Shown here one piece after another: positions 30,209 through 40,659 of a stretch of 64,000 nt of DNA. The DNA is taken from assembly GCA_043745805.1 (NCBI GenBank), contig JAYTSD010000008.1, forward strand, positions 32,001 through 96,000, read 5' to 3'. The stretch's first letter is position 1, and the number at the start of each line of letters is the position of its first letter. Under the pieces are notes generated by a model that saw only the letters and a list, made by a program, of their open reading frames with translations, ran no database searches and was not told where the DNA came from. This stretch comes from Fibrobacteria bacterium (GTDB lineage Bacteria > Fibrobacterota > Fibrobacteria > UBA11236). The translations under genes and the position numbers were made by a program.

Positions 30209-31276
30209 ATGATGCAAAAAATTCTAGCTCAAAGGATTCGAATTGCAAAAAAATGGCCTTTTCGACTCCTTAATTATTGTTCTCTTTCTTATCAAAAAGC
30301 TTTCTTAATCCGCAAAACGGGTAAAAAGGTTTTGAAACCTTTTGATTTAGCCGCTACACTTAATTCCTGTAAAAAGATAATACTGGTTGCCCCGAATACT
30401 TTTCAAGAACAACTTATCGCTTATCCTCTTTTACATACTTTAATCCAAAATTTACCCCCGCAAAAATTAGTGGTTATCACTCCTCAAGAGCATTTGGCCT
30501 TTCTGCAAGTGGTTTTACAAAACAATAGCAGCCCAGTGGAATTTATTAGTTATGTTGAAACGGATTTGTATTGGGGCGAGAAAGCATTTGAAGCCCTTAA
30601 ACAGCAATTCAGCCACTTACAAGGCGATGTGATGATCAACCTGCAAATGTCCCAGCCACCTTTATTAGCAGCCATTTTAAGAGGAATACAAGCCAAACTG
30701 TCCATCACTTTAAGCGAAGATGAGTTCTCAACGGCAAATATTACGCTTTTACCTAAAAATCCTTATAATTTACTCCGCCATTATACTCAAATTCTCGACC
30801 TTTGGCGCTTTGTCGGGAATAATTCCCCTTTAATTTGGCCTCTTATAAATTCTGAATCAGATAATATTAACGAAGCGCAAAATCGTTTTCGACAAATTGG
30901 AGTGACCCCAAAACAGGTAGGGATTTTTCTATGGCAAAATGAAGCCTCTGAAAAACAAAGAGAAGCTTATACACTCGCCTTAAAAGATATGCATGCCAAA
31001 GGTATTCGAGCCATTCTGGTATTTTCAGGTAATACCAGTCCCGAAGGACCTATCGAATTTAAAACCTTGCCGCAATTAGGCGCAAGTAGTTTAGGAAAAA
31101 TGTTAGCCTTATTCTCGCAAGCCGCAGAAGTCTATGGTGTGAATTGTGATTTATTGCATTTAGCCAATTTATCCGGAGTGCCCGTGCAAGGCTATTTTTT
31201 AAGCGAAGACGCGCCTTTTGATACCTCTTTTTTTAACCCACGATGTGAAGTTCAATATTTGAGCGTTAATGCTTGA
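30209..31276 (+). CDS. Divergent glycosyltransferase family 9 (heptosyltransferase)-like protein
   Basis: KKIILV...YPLLHTL, D.MINLQ, VYGVNCDLLHLANLSGVPV.G.F resemble GT9 layout. Confidence 0.55.
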   Translation: MMQKILAQRIRIAKKWPFRLLNYCSLSYQKAFLIRKTGKKVLKPFDLAATLNSCKKIILVAPNTFQEQLIAYPLLHTLIQNLPPQKLVVITPQEHLAFLQVVLQNNSSPVEFISYVETDLYWGEKAFEALKQQFSHLQGDVMINLQMSQPPLLAAILRGIQAKLSITLSEDEFSTANITLLPKNPYNLLRHYTQILDLWRFVGNNSPLIWPLINSESDNINEAQNRFRQIGVTPKQVGIFLWQNEASEKQREAYTLALKDMHAKGIRAILVFSGNTSPEGPIEFKTLPQLGASSLGKMLALFSQAAEVYGVNCDLLHLANLSGVPVQGYFLSEDAPFDTSFFNPRCEVQYLSVNA

Positions 31277-31287
31277 GTTTGGATCAT

Positions 31288-31320
31288 AAAAAAAATCCTA
31301 GGCATTGCCCTAGGATTTTC
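31288..31320. terminator. Bidirectional intrinsic terminator
   Basis: AAAATCCTAGG-CATTGC-CCTAGGATTTT between convergent genes with A/T tails. Confidence 0.75.
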
Positions 31321-31341
31321 CAAACATGATCGCTTTTACTT

Positions 31342-32421
31342 TTACACAAACTTCTGCAATTTCTTTTCCTTTTGCACCTTCTTCACCAACTCTTTTAAGT
31401 TTGGGCAGTAGCGCTTATCCACCACGAGGGTAACACCGCGATGCTGCACAATTAATAAATTTTCTACTCCAAAAGCAGCAACCATTCCACTATCACTAAA
31501 AAAAGTACAGTCTTTGGTCGATTGAAATACCGTTTGCCCAATGGCGCGATTGCCTTCGGTATCCGCTTTATGTAAGCGATCGAGAGATAACCATGAACCA
31601 ATATCATCCCATTTAAATTCAGGAATAATCACACGAATGTCCTGCGCTTTTTCCATTAAACCATAATCGATGGAAACTTCTGGAAGTTGTTTATAAATAG
31701 CTTTCAATTTATTCTTAAAACTAGCACTGCTCGAAACCAAACTTTTTTCTTTATCAAAAGGCTTGGCGGTTTCGGGTAAATGTTGTTGAAACTGTTGCCA
31801 TAAATAATCTACGCGCCAAGCAAACATACCACTATTCCAAAAATGTTTTCCCGAATGCAAATAAGCTTCAGCCCTTTTGGCATCGGGCTTTTCGTGGAAT
31901 TGCTTGACTTTAAAAGTGGATAATCCACCTTGCTTAATCACTTGACCTTGCGTTTCCACATAGCCAAAACCCACTTCAGCTCTATCTGGCTTGATACCAA
32001 AAGTGACCAAGCTTTTTCCTTCGGCAGCGACATCCGCAGCGGCTTGCATAGCCTGTTTGAATTTTGCCGGAGGCGTGATAGCATGATCTGCCGTTAACAC
32101 CAGCATTACCCCCTGCGGATCTTCTTTCTGAATTAAACGACAGGCCAAAGCAATAGCGGCAGCGGTATTTTTTCCTTGCGGCTCGGTGATAATGCGCACG
32201 CGCTTATCTTTTTTAAACATCGCCTTAATGGGTTTTTCCAAATTTTGGCTAATCACCATATGCACGAGCGCATTTTTCTGTAAATGCCGAATATTCGCGA
32301 GCGTATCTTCCAGCATAGTCTTTTTGGTCACCAGGGGCAGCAATTGCTTGGGCCGTTGACTATGACTATAGGGCCAAAATCGTTCACCTTTTCCACCGGC
32401 AAGAATAACTGGATATATCAT
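31342..32421 (-). CDS. manC: Mannose-1-phosphate guanylyltransferase
   Basis: VILAGGKGERFWP...PKQLL, EPQGKNTA, FHEKPD, WNSGMF, SIDYGLME, WDDIGSW. Confidence 0.93.
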   Translation of the reverse strand: MIYPVILAGGKGERFWPYSHSQRPKQLLPLVTKKTMLEDTLANIRHLQKNALVHMVISQNLEKPIKAMFKKDKRVRIITEPQGKNTAAAIALACRLIQKEDPQGVMLVLTADHAITPPAKFKQAMQAAADVAAEGKSLVTFGIKPDRAEVGFGYVETQGQVIKQGGLSTFKVKQFHEKPDAKRAEAYLHSGKHFWNSGMFAWRVDYLWQQFQQHLPETAKPFDKEKSLVSSSASFKNKLKAIYKQLPEVSIDYGLMEKAQDIRVIIPEFKWDDIGSWLSLDRLHKADTEGNRAIGQTVFQSTKDCTFFSDSGMVAAFGVENLLIVQHRGVTLVVDKRYCPNLKELVKKVQKEKKLQKFV

Positions 32422-32654
32422 AAATCCCCTTAAAATTCAGAAATTTAGTTTTGCCTAGCGTGAAATCCCAAAGAAAAAGGGAATAGGTTGAAATTCGAGA
32501 ATTTGAAATTCGAGCAAACAAATTCAGATACATGTAGTAATCTGTTTCGTATTGCATTATTATCAATATGTATCTTTGAGTTGAAAGGTTAAATTTTGGT
32601 AAAATATCGGTTTGGCTCACAACTGGTTTTTTCTCCCTAACTTTAGATAAATCA

Positions 32655-33539
32655 ATGAAATACAGTAAATTTTCAACCTCCATGCGCAATGCCTGCAAAC
32701 CCCAAGGTGAGTTTGTCGATTTGCATATGCATAGCACCTATTCTGACGGTGCCTTAGGGGTAAAATCGCTGATTGACTTTTGTATGGAACAGAGCTTAAG
32801 CGCCATTGCCATAACGGACCATGACAATATCGATGGTTATGCCGAAGGCCGAGACTATGCCGAAGAAATGGGCATTGAATTTATACCGGGTGTCGAGATC
32901 AGCTCTTCTGTAGGCGGTTGCGACATACATATTTTGGGGTATTATTTTGACCCGACCCATTTAAAACTCAATCAAACACTTTTGCAATTACAAGCAAAGC
33001 GCAAAGTTCGCGCTATGGAAATTGTGCGTAAACTCAATGAAATCGGTATTGATATTACTTATGAAAAAGTAAGCGCTAAAGCTAAAGACGGCAGTATTGG
33101 TCGAGCGCATATTGCCACCTTGTTAGTCGAAGAGGAATACGTTTCTTCCTTTCAAGAAGCTTTCAATAAATATTTAGGCAATAACGTTAGTTTTATTGCC
33201 GATTTAGATCCTGTCAAAATGACACCTATTGAGGCTATACAATTGATTATTGAAGCCGGTGGTGTTCCAGTCATGGCACATCCTTCCAAAACGCGACGTG
33301 ATGATCTAATTTCCAGCATGGTAGAAAATGGTCTTAAAGGCATTGAAACCTATTGCCATAATCAAAGCAATTCCTGTTATCAAAAATATCGTGACATTGC
33401 TCGCAAATATGATTTGGTTTGCTCAGGCGGAGCCGATTTTCATGTGAAGCGTGAAGATGGTAAACATGCTCCTGGCAGCTTAAACGTACCTTACAAGGTG
33501 CTATCGATGTTCAAAGACATTAAAGCACATTACGCTTAA
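32655..33539 (+). CDS. PHP-domain phosphoesterase (TrpH/YciV-like)
   Basis: DLHMHSTYSDG, AITDHD, GVEIS, HILGY, AHP, GGADFH. Confidence 0.9.
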   Translation: MKYSKFSTSMRNACKPQGEFVDLHMHSTYSDGALGVKSLIDFCMEQSLSAIAITDHDNIDGYAEGRDYAEEMGIEFIPGVEISSSVGGCDIHILGYYFDPTHLKLNQTLLQLQAKRKVRAMEIVRKLNEIGIDITYEKVSAKAKDGSIGRAHIATLLVEEEYVSSFQEAFNKYLGNNVSFIADLDPVKMTPIEAIQLIIEAGGVPVMAHPSKTRRDDLISSMVENGLKGIETYCHNQSNSCYQKYRDIARKYDLVCSGGADFHVKREDGKHAPGSLNVPYKVLSMFKDIKAHYA

Positions 33540-34422
33540 TATTTTCTCCCATTTTCCAAATAAATCGATAGTCGGGTTGTAAAACTAAAGCCTGATCACC
33601 CATTTTGCCATTTAAAAAAAAATCTGTATCCGCTTTTTCACACGCTTGTAAATAAAGCTCTCCAGGCTTCATTTGCAAAGTAAAAATCAACTGCGAATTA
33701 TCGAATAAACCATCACCCAATTCTACTTTAGGTAAAGATCCATTTTGAATCCAAAATGCTTCTTTCTGTGCATAAATTTCTAGCATATTTTTTTTTAAAC
33801 TGTTCACACGAAAATGTTGTTCCGAAGGAAAATACCGAAAAAAAGTACAGCACAGGGAAAGAAAGAAAAAAGTAAATCCAATCAGTGCATAAGGACGTTT
33901 ACTTGCGGTATGTAATTCCTGTTTATTCGTCTCGAAGGCCATAGCCAAGCTACGAGCATTGTCCAGTTTTTCTTTAACTTGTTCCTTTAAACCAAAAGCG
34001 ATTAGCCATTGTGAGCGCACGATCCAATAAAAAATAAGATTCCAGAGTAAAAACTCTATCCAAATACTGCCTTGAAAAGCTTGCAGCTTATCGCTTAAAA
34101 ATAAAATGAAATCGAAAATAGCCAAGAAGATTAAACTGACATTAAAGATCAAATTATTACGAAAAGTACTTTGTGAATTAATAGGTAGTGAAATCCCCGA
34201 AAGACGCGCATAGGATTCTGCCATTATTTCTAAACTTTTTTGACTATTAAAGGACCAGAAGCGAATAAAAAGTATAGCGCCAAAACTTAAGTAAACACCC
34301 TTTAAAGCAAATGCCGAAGCCATTCCCCAAAAATGAAAATTTTGTTTATCGAGGCCATAGCTTATAATTGGCAGACTAGCCATCAATAAAAACCAAAAAA
34401 GAAAAACGATGATTCTTTGCAT
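33520..34422 (-). CDS. Hypothetical multi-pass membrane protein
   Basis: About five hydrophobic segments, soluble C-terminal domain. Confidence 0.6.
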   Translation of the reverse strand: MQRIIVFLFWFLLMASLPIISYGLDKQNFHFWGMASAFALKGVYLSFGAILFIRFWSFNSQKSLEIMAESYARLSGISLPINSQSTFRNNLIFNVSLIFLAIFDFILFLSDKLQAFQGSIWIEFLLWNLIFYWIVRSQWLIAFGLKEQVKEKLDNARSLAMAFETNKQELHTASKRPYALIGFTFFFLSLCCTFFRYFPSEQHFRVNSLKKNMLEIYAQKEAFWIQNGSLPKVELGDGLFDNSQLIFTLQMKPGELYLQACEKADTDFFLNGKMGDQALVLQPDYRFIWKMGENIKRNVL

Positions 34423-34541
34423 ATTTGCTTATAATCCTATCACCTGCCCAAAAAATGGGCAATGACAATGTCAAACTTCAGCTAAAAGCACCCTTTCTCA
34501 CCATTTTTTTTAGATTGATTCCTCTTCTCTAAAAGGATTCC

Positions 34542-35522
34542 ATGAGCTTGGGGCTAAACATTACTTTTTTAGAAAAAATATTTGCCAAAGTGTTCAAATT
34601 GGTTGCAGGCAAAGACTATTTGATCTGCTTTCATTGGAACTTACAAAGTAGCACTCAGTTTATTCCACTAAGTAAAACCGTTAAGCAAATTAGTTTGGCC
34701 ATAATAGCCTTTTTGTCGATTGGATTAATTTCACTTTTTGCCGAGTTAACTTATTACAGCTATTATCATTCTTTTTTTCGGTATCATCAAAAACAAAATT
34801 TTTCTTTAAAAGAAAAGCTTAAAAGCAATATCAAACAACAAGAGTTTATCCATGCCCGTATGGATAGCCTAAGTGAAGTGGAAGAACATATTCGCGCGCT
34901 TTATGGCATGAATGCCTTAAATACCAATCTAAATCAATTTTCAGAAAATGAAAAAATCATACCTTCCGATTCCCTTAAATTTAATGATCCAGTTTTTGAA
35001 AAAGTGCAAAAGGCTGCTTTACTCAACACTCAACTGCAAGGCAAAATTAATTTTGAGCAAGAAAGCTTTCGACAAATTCAAGATTTTGTGAAATATAAAC
35101 ATCATTTATGGGAACATACGCCCTCGATTATTCCGGCCAAAGGACAATGGACTAGCCCCTTTGGCTATCGTGTTCATCCGGTAACCGGGCAGTTTGTATT
35201 GCACGAAGGTTTAGACATTAGCAATAGTATGTGGACACCCATTTATGCTACGGCGTCGGGTACTGTGCAATCGGCTGGCGAAAGCGGTTTTTTTGGTAAC
35301 CTCATTGTGATTGACCATGGCAATGGATATATGACCAAGTTTGGGCATTGTTCCAAAACCCTAGTGAATAAGGGTCAACTGGTGAATCGCTACACTTTAA
35401 TTGGTTATATGGGCAATTCAGGGCGGGCCACGGGAGTTCATGTGCATTATGAAGTTCATCACGACGGTAATTTGCAAAATCCGGAAAAATTTATTTTGCC
35501 CTCGGGCATACTTGTAGATTAA
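34542..35522 (+). CDS. M23-family metalloendopeptidase
   Basis: TM plus coiled coil; HEGLDI and HVHYEV zinc motifs. Confidence 0.9.
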   Translation: MSLGLNITFLEKIFAKVFKLVAGKDYLICFHWNLQSSTQFIPLSKTVKQISLAIIAFLSIGLISLFAELTYYSYYHSFFRYHQKQNFSLKEKLKSNIKQQEFIHARMDSLSEVEEHIRALYGMNALNTNLNQFSENEKIIPSDSLKFNDPVFEKVQKAALLNTQLQGKINFEQESFRQIQDFVKYKHHLWEHTPSIIPAKGQWTSPFGYRVHPVTGQFVLHEGLDISNSMWTPIYATASGTVQSAGESGFFGNLIVIDHGNGYMTKFGHCSKTLVNKGQLVNRYTLIGYMGNSGRATGVHVHYEVHHDGNLQNPEKFILPSGILVD

Positions 35523-35531
35523 AATCAAGCG

Positions 35532-36578
35532 ATGCTAAATCGCTTTCACAAATATTCAAAAGTACTTTTACTCTGCCTAGCTTACTTTGTTGGCCTTAAT
35601 AATTTACATGCCGAAAATTTTGTGGGTGAAGTTTATTTAATTGGTAATAGCGTGGTAAATAATGGCAGCGCAAGTACTATTCCTTCGCAAATTTATTCGC
35701 CCACGCAATATTTAGATTTCCCCGCAGAAATGAGCGAGCATAAAATTTACAGTGTCGAAATCGCTACCCTACCCACTTTCGCGTCCTTATCGCAAATTTA
35801 TAATGCCTCAGTGGCATTTTCCTTGGAATCCCGTAGCCAAATTAATGCCTTTTATGGCATGATCACCACCCCCAACATTCTCGAACGCCCTTTATTACAA
35901 GGCAGCAAAGAAGAACGTTTAAATGATCCCACTCTGCGTCCGGGAACATGTGATTTTTGTAATAGTTTACGAGATGTTGTGTATTTAGCCAATATTAATT
36001 TTATGCATCAATACGATTTTTTATTACCGCGTCTCGACATAGGCTATCGCCCTATCCCCATGCAATTAGGCTTGGGAGCCACCAGCAAATATTTTTATGA
36101 GGAATTAGAAGGTGGTGATTATACAGCTCAAAATTTAAATTTGGACGCTGGCCTTAGCTTAAAAATATTTTGGGGGTACAATCCTGTGGATAAAAGTTCG
36201 GATCGAAATTTAAAATTTCAATTCAATGGCTTTGAATTATTACCCACCAATCAACGTAGTGCTTTTGCCAATTCCAAAGTGGATGAAACCTTGCGATTAC
36301 GTTGGCATTTTGCTTTTAGTTGGGAAGAATTTTTTCCTGACTTGCAAAGTAAATGGACTGTGGGCATTCAACAAAAACCCGAATTAGGCAAATATCCTGC
36401 ACTGGGCAGTGAATGGGGGTTTCGCGATGTGCTTTTTTTAAGAGCTGGCTACGATGGGAATTTTATCAGCGCGGGTGCAACGCTCGCCTATCGCTTTATG
36501 GCCTTGCATTATGCCTTTATGCATCATGATTTAAATAACACCCTTTATCAAGTCTCCCTGCAATTGCAATGGAAATGA
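35532..36578 (+). CDS. Hypothetical outer-membrane barrel (PorV/FadL-like C-terminus)
   Basis: Signal peptide; LGSEW...LFLRAGY...AGA...YAF...YQVSLQLQW strand pattern. Confidence 0.55.
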   Translation: MLNRFHKYSKVLLLCLAYFVGLNNLHAENFVGEVYLIGNSVVNNGSASTIPSQIYSPTQYLDFPAEMSEHKIYSVEIATLPTFASLSQIYNASVAFSLESRSQINAFYGMITTPNILERPLLQGSKEERLNDPTLRPGTCDFCNSLRDVVYLANINFMHQYDFLLPRLDIGYRPIPMQLGLGATSKYFYEELEGGDYTAQNLNLDAGLSLKIFWGYNPVDKSSDRNLKFQFNGFELLPTNQRSAFANSKVDETLRLRWHFAFSWEEFFPDLQSKWTVGIQQKPELGKYPALGSEWGFRDVLFLRAGYDGNFISAGATLAYRFMALHYAFMHHDLNNTLYQVSLQLQWK

Positions 36579-36803
36579 TTTTCTAAAAACCAGCCCATCC
36601 ATTGTCGGTATCCTTTACATTTTTTTTGAGATTGCCTAAGTTAGCACACTTAAAGTGAGGGTAAAGATTTCATTCTAGAACGGTTAAAACCATTGTGACA
36701 AAGAAATGATTTATATTTTAAACAGCTTAGGAAACAGAGCTTAACTCTCCTAAGATCAATAAAATCAATTCACTTTTTAAATGGATGCGGGAACAGTTTA
36801 CTC

Positions 36804-37610
36804 ATGCTAAAAAAAATTGCGTGTCTGCACATTTTATTTGCGACCTTGTTGTCAACTATTACGATCGCAGCTACGCCAGCAAACTTAATGGGTCCCCACA
36901 CCTTAGGCATTGATTATGACTTTACCATGCTTGGCCAAAATCTTTATACTTCAGCCACACCAAGTCATGAATATGCGCACACTTTAAATTTCCATTACGC
37001 GCCAGTAGAATATTCCTTATTTAGCGTAGGCTTAGGTCTCAATAAATTATATGTAGAAAGCATGCAAAAAAAATCCTTTGAAGGATCTTATGAATTCTGT
37101 CCTTCTTTTGGTTTAGACTTATATTCGCCAAGATTTTTGAATGAGGTATTAAAGGTAAGCGCCGGTGGACATTTTCTTTATCTAAACAATTCAAATCGGG
37201 CTAACTTTAGTTATGCCGGCTCACTTCTTAATCCTTATTTGGGAATAGTGATAGCCGCCAATTCAATTTTAGACATTGAATTAGGGGCTCGTGGGAATAT
37301 GTTTTATGGAACCATGGATAGCTCAGGCTTTAATGAAAAAGAAGTAACGAATTCTCAATTATTTCGCGGCTATTTTTCCCTTACACTTAAATCCCCTCAA
37401 GAAGGGACCTATTTAATTTTTGATTTTGATATGTCACCCGACACCAAACCCAATTGGAATCGTGGTCCGGTAGAAAGCAAAATTAGTTTTGCCATAGGTT
37501 TTTTAATCGGCAATGAAGGCTTGCAAAAAAAAGAACCCGAAAGCAAAATTTATTTTCCCGCCTACAATGACATGAAAGAACGCGAAAAACAAATGGCTGA
37601 GGAAAACTAA
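36804..37610 (+). CDS. Hypothetical secreted or outer-membrane protein heading the pilin operon
   Basis: Signal peptide, alternating beta-strand pattern; 3 nt upstream of pilC. Confidence 0.55.
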   Translation: MLKKIACLHILFATLLSTITIAATPANLMGPHTLGIDYDFTMLGQNLYTSATPSHEYAHTLNFHYAPVEYSLFSVGLGLNKLYVESMQKKSFEGSYEFCPSFGLDLYSPRFLNEVLKVSAGGHFLYLNNSNRANFSYAGSLLNPYLGIVIAANSILDIELGARGNMFYGTMDSSGFNEKEVTNSQLFRGYFSLTLKSPQEGTYLIFDFDMSPDTKPNWNRGPVESKISFAIGFLIGNEGLQKKEPESKIYFPAYNDMKEREKQMAEEN

Positions 37611-37613
37611 TTC

Positions 37614-38852
37614 ATGCCGAAGTTCAGCTATACGGTTCGTAATCGAGATAACCGCGTGGTTACGGGTCATACCGAAGGTGCGAGCCTAGACGAAGTACTT
37701 GATCGTTTGAGTGCTAAGGATTTTTTACCCATAGCAGTGAGCGAATTAAATTTTGATGGCAGTGACAGCACTAAAGATTTTAAAAAAAGTTTAAAATCTG
37801 CTTTTACCGGCACCAAAAATAAAGTGCCCTATAAAGAGGTGGTATTCTTTACCCGTCAATTAGCGACCTTGGTGGGTGAAGGTGTGCCGCTGTCGAGAGC
37901 TTTAGAGCAATTAGGCAAAAGCGAACGCCCAGTTTTCAAAAAAATAATTAATGATATTGCGGCAGATATTTCTTCAGGAAATACATTCAGCGATTCCATA
38001 GCTCGGCATCCTGGCGCTTTTAATAATATGTATGTGGCCGTTAGTAATTCGGGTGAAATTGCCGGTGCCTTAGATAAAGTGCTGGATGAAATGGCCACTT
38101 ATATGGAAAATGTGGAAATCATGCGTGGTAAAGTAAAAGCCGCTATGCGTTACCCCATTTTTATTGCCTGTTTTGTTACCCTAATGATTATTGGTATCAT
38201 GTGGAAATTAGTGCCTACCTTCGAACAAATTTATTCGGGTTTAGGCGCAAAATTACCTGCCCCGACAATTATGTTGATTAGTGTGTCCCATATCTTTAAG
38301 CATAATATTGCCTTGGTTTTTTTGGGCATGATTTCACTTTTTGGTCTTTACAAGTACTTACTCACACAGGAAAATTTCAAATTCATTTTTGATAAGTACA
38401 GCTTACAAGTCCCCGTATTTGGATCCATTTTAAAAAAAAATATCTGGGCCAATTATTGCCGTACTATGGCCTTACTTATGGAAGCCGGTACACCTATCCT
38501 TAAAGCCACAGAAATCTCCGGTGCCGTGGTGAGCAATAAACTGTATGCTAAAAGCTTAGAGGGAGTTTATAATCAATTAAGACAAGGTGAACAGCTTAGC
38601 TCTTGCCTCGAAAAAACCGGGCTTTTCCCCAGCTTAGTTATTCAATTAGCAAGCACCGGAGAAATGAGCGGAAGCGTCGACAGGCTCTTACGTAAAGCAG
38701 CAGAGTTTTATGAAAGAGAAATACGAAATACGGTAGATGGTTTATCCTCCATTTTGGAGCCTCTTCTTATAATTGTTCTAGGAACTATAGTTGGCTTTGT
38801 AATGCTAGCTTTATACTATCCCATTTTTAAAATTGGTTCAGCTATTAGATAG
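37614..38852 (+). CDS. pilC: Type IV pilus / T2SS inner-membrane platform protein
   Basis: FTRQLATLV..GVPL, GEIAGALD, AMRYP, GEMSG, LEPLLI, LYYPIF. Confidence 0.92.
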   Translation: MPKFSYTVRNRDNRVVTGHTEGASLDEVLDRLSAKDFLPIAVSELNFDGSDSTKDFKKSLKSAFTGTKNKVPYKEVVFFTRQLATLVGEGVPLSRALEQLGKSERPVFKKIINDIAADISSGNTFSDSIARHPGAFNNMYVAVSNSGEIAGALDKVLDEMATYMENVEIMRGKVKAAMRYPIFIACFVTLMIIGIMWKLVPTFEQIYSGLGAKLPAPTIMLISVSHIFKHNIALVFLGMISLFGLYKYLLTQENFKFIFDKYSLQVPVFGSILKKNIWANYCRTMALLMEAGTPILKATEISGAVVSNKLYAKSLEGVYNQLRQGEQLSSCLEKTGLFPSLVIQLASTGEMSGSVDRLLRKAAEFYEREIRNTVDGLSSILEPLLIIVLGTIVGFVMLALYYPIFKIGSAIR

Positions 38853-38902
38853 TGACAATAACCGAATAAAAAAATTACTTTACATTTAAGCAAGGAGAAA
38901 AA

Positions 38903-39316
38903 ATGAATATCCAAACACGTGCCACCAAAAGCCTACAAAAAGGTTTTACTCTGGTTGAAGTTATAGTAGTGGCAGTAATTATCGCTGTATTGGCTGGTGT
39001 GGCTGTTCCCCTTTACTTGGGATATGTTGAAGATTCACGAGAAAATTCAGCGGCAAATGCAGCAGGTGCCATTGCAACTTTTTGTGGTGCGTGTCAAAAT
39101 ACTGCTGGAGTACTTGCTTTTGCAGGCTCAAACGCCGCTCCAGCAGTGCAAATAACATGCACTCCAACCACAGGCTCAAATGCTACAAGTATTCTTAAAC
39201 CGCAGGCCATTATAATCAACATCACTCCACCAACGACGCCAGGAGGCACAGGTTTGGTTACAGGTAAGCATTCTGCCAGTCCAAGCGCTACTCTTGCTTC
39301 CAGTTACAATTACTAG
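38903..39316 (+). CDS. Type IV pilin, likely major pilin
   Basis: KG|FTLVEVIVV prepilin site with E5 and P22; strong AAGGAG RBS. Confidence 0.9.
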   Translation: MNIQTRATKSLQKGFTLVEVIVVAVIIAVLAGVAVPLYLGYVEDSRENSAANAAGAIATFCGACQNTAGVLAFAGSNAAPAVQITCTPTTGSNATSILKPQAIIINITPPTTPGGTGLVTGKHSASPSATLASSYNY

Positions 39317-39328
39317 CCATAAAAAAAT

Positions 39329-39682
39329 ATGCTGACGAAAACCTCAAAAAGAAAATCTTTGGGGTTTAGTTTAATTGAAATTATTGTTGCAGGTGCCATT
39401 GTAGCCATTTTATCTGCGGTGGCTATTCCAATGTATACAGGTTATGTGAAAAATGCACAAAAAGAATTAGCTGCAAATCTTGCGCGCACCGTAGCAATAT
39501 CTGCCAATGCCTATCAAAGAAACCCCTCAAATCCTGCACTTCCAACCAATACAGATTTAAAAGGTATTTTAAATATTTTTTTACCGAATGCCGCAAATTT
39601 TAATGTCATACTTACCACATCAGATTCAATTTCAGTAACTGATATCGCCAATGTAATTACCGTCAAATCTGCTTATCATTAA
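39329..39682 (+). CDS. Type IV pilin (PilE-like)
   Basis: G|FSLIEIIV...AIPMY. Confidence 0.88.
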   Translation: MLTKTSKRKSLGFSLIEIIVAGAIVAILSAVAIPMYTGYVKNAQKELAANLARTVAISANAYQRNPSNPALPTNTDLKGILNIFLPNAANFNVILTTSDSISVTDIANVITVKSAYH

Positions 39683-39700
39683 AACGTAAAGTTTAATATT

Positions 39701-40150
39701 GTGGCAAGCGTCAAACTAAACTCACAATCCGGATATACACTTGCTGAATTATTAATTTCGGGTGTTTTATTATCACTCACAATTCTTGCCCTAATCACAA
39801 TGATTCAAAAAGGTAGGGATTTGCAATTAGCGGATTCGCATCATCGATTGGCGCGTATAGCATTAATGAATGAATTAGAAAAACCAAAATATTTTAGTAG
39901 TGGAGCAAATTACACAGCATTGACATCTGGAATACCTAGCTTCAATGGCGAAGTACCAATTATCATCGATTCTTCAGGCACAATACCGTTGCTGGGTAAA
40001 TTAAACACGGCTTTCTTGGATCCCCCGGTAGATTGCCCAAATGAATTAATCGTCGCGAATAAATGTCAACAAGTTGTTTTGACATTGACATGGGATGAAA
40101 TTGGCATTCAACAAGAAATAAAATTAGACAAAATATGGGCACCGTATTAA
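39701..40150 (+). CDS. Minor pilin (PilV-like)
   Basis: SG|YTLAELLI; C-terminal V.LTW. Confidence 0.8.
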   Translation: MASVKLNSQSGYTLAELLISGVLLSLTILALITMIQKGRDLQLADSHHRLARIALMNELEKPKYFSSGANYTALTSGIPSFNGEVPIIIDSSGTIPLLGKLNTAFLDPPVDCPNELIVANKCQQVVLTLTWDEIGIQQEIKLDKIWAPY

Positions 40151-40659
40151 TGAAAACCCAATTAGGATTCACACTAGTTGAAACTCTTATTGCAGGTGTG
40201 TTATCAACTATTGTAGCAGGAGGGTTGCTTACCATTTTTTATGTGCAAAAAAACGTAATTGCTGAAAGCACCTCCTCACTTTGGCTTAATAATCAAGCAG
40301 ATATCGTTACACAAGAAATTATTAAGCAAGTCCATCAATCCAATTTTATCTTAAAGTATGTGGGTGAAATGCCACCAGCAGGAACGCAGGATACGACTTT
40401 TGTAATGTATTTACAAAATAGTCTAGGTATTTTTGGCGGTTATAAAATTGATAATGGAATTTTAAAAGAATATAAAGGCGGAACTTTCAATACTTTTAAG
40501 GTGGGGCCAGATAGCGTATTTATCGATGCAGGAAGTTATTTTACACTAAATCCAACGCGAAACCGAATGACCATTAAATTTAATTTTCATTTTCCCTACG
40601 ATAGTAAATCCGTACTTTTACAATTTCCTGAAGTGAATGTTGCATGCCATCAATTCTAA
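40150..40659 (+). CDS. Minor pilin (PilW-like)
   Basis: G|FTLVETLI; TAATG stop/start overlap at 40148-40152. Confidence 0.8.
   Translation: MKTQLGFTLVETLIAGVLSTIVAGGLLTIFYVQKNVIAESTSSLWLNNQADIVTQEIIKQVHQSNFILKYVGEMPPAGTQDTTFVMYLQNSLGIFGGYKIDNGILKEYKGGTFNTFKVGPDSVFIDAGSYFTLNPTRNRMTIKFNFHFPYDSKSVLLQFPEVNVACHQF

Noticed and set aside
34445-34461. TGCCCA-N5-TGGGCA dyad between divergent genes
   Set aside because: Only 6 bp arms and a single occurrence; not enough support
38903-39682. Conductive e-pilins partnering the heme protein
   Set aside because: Few aromatic residues and long aromatic-free stretches; CGACQ is not a CxxCH heme motif
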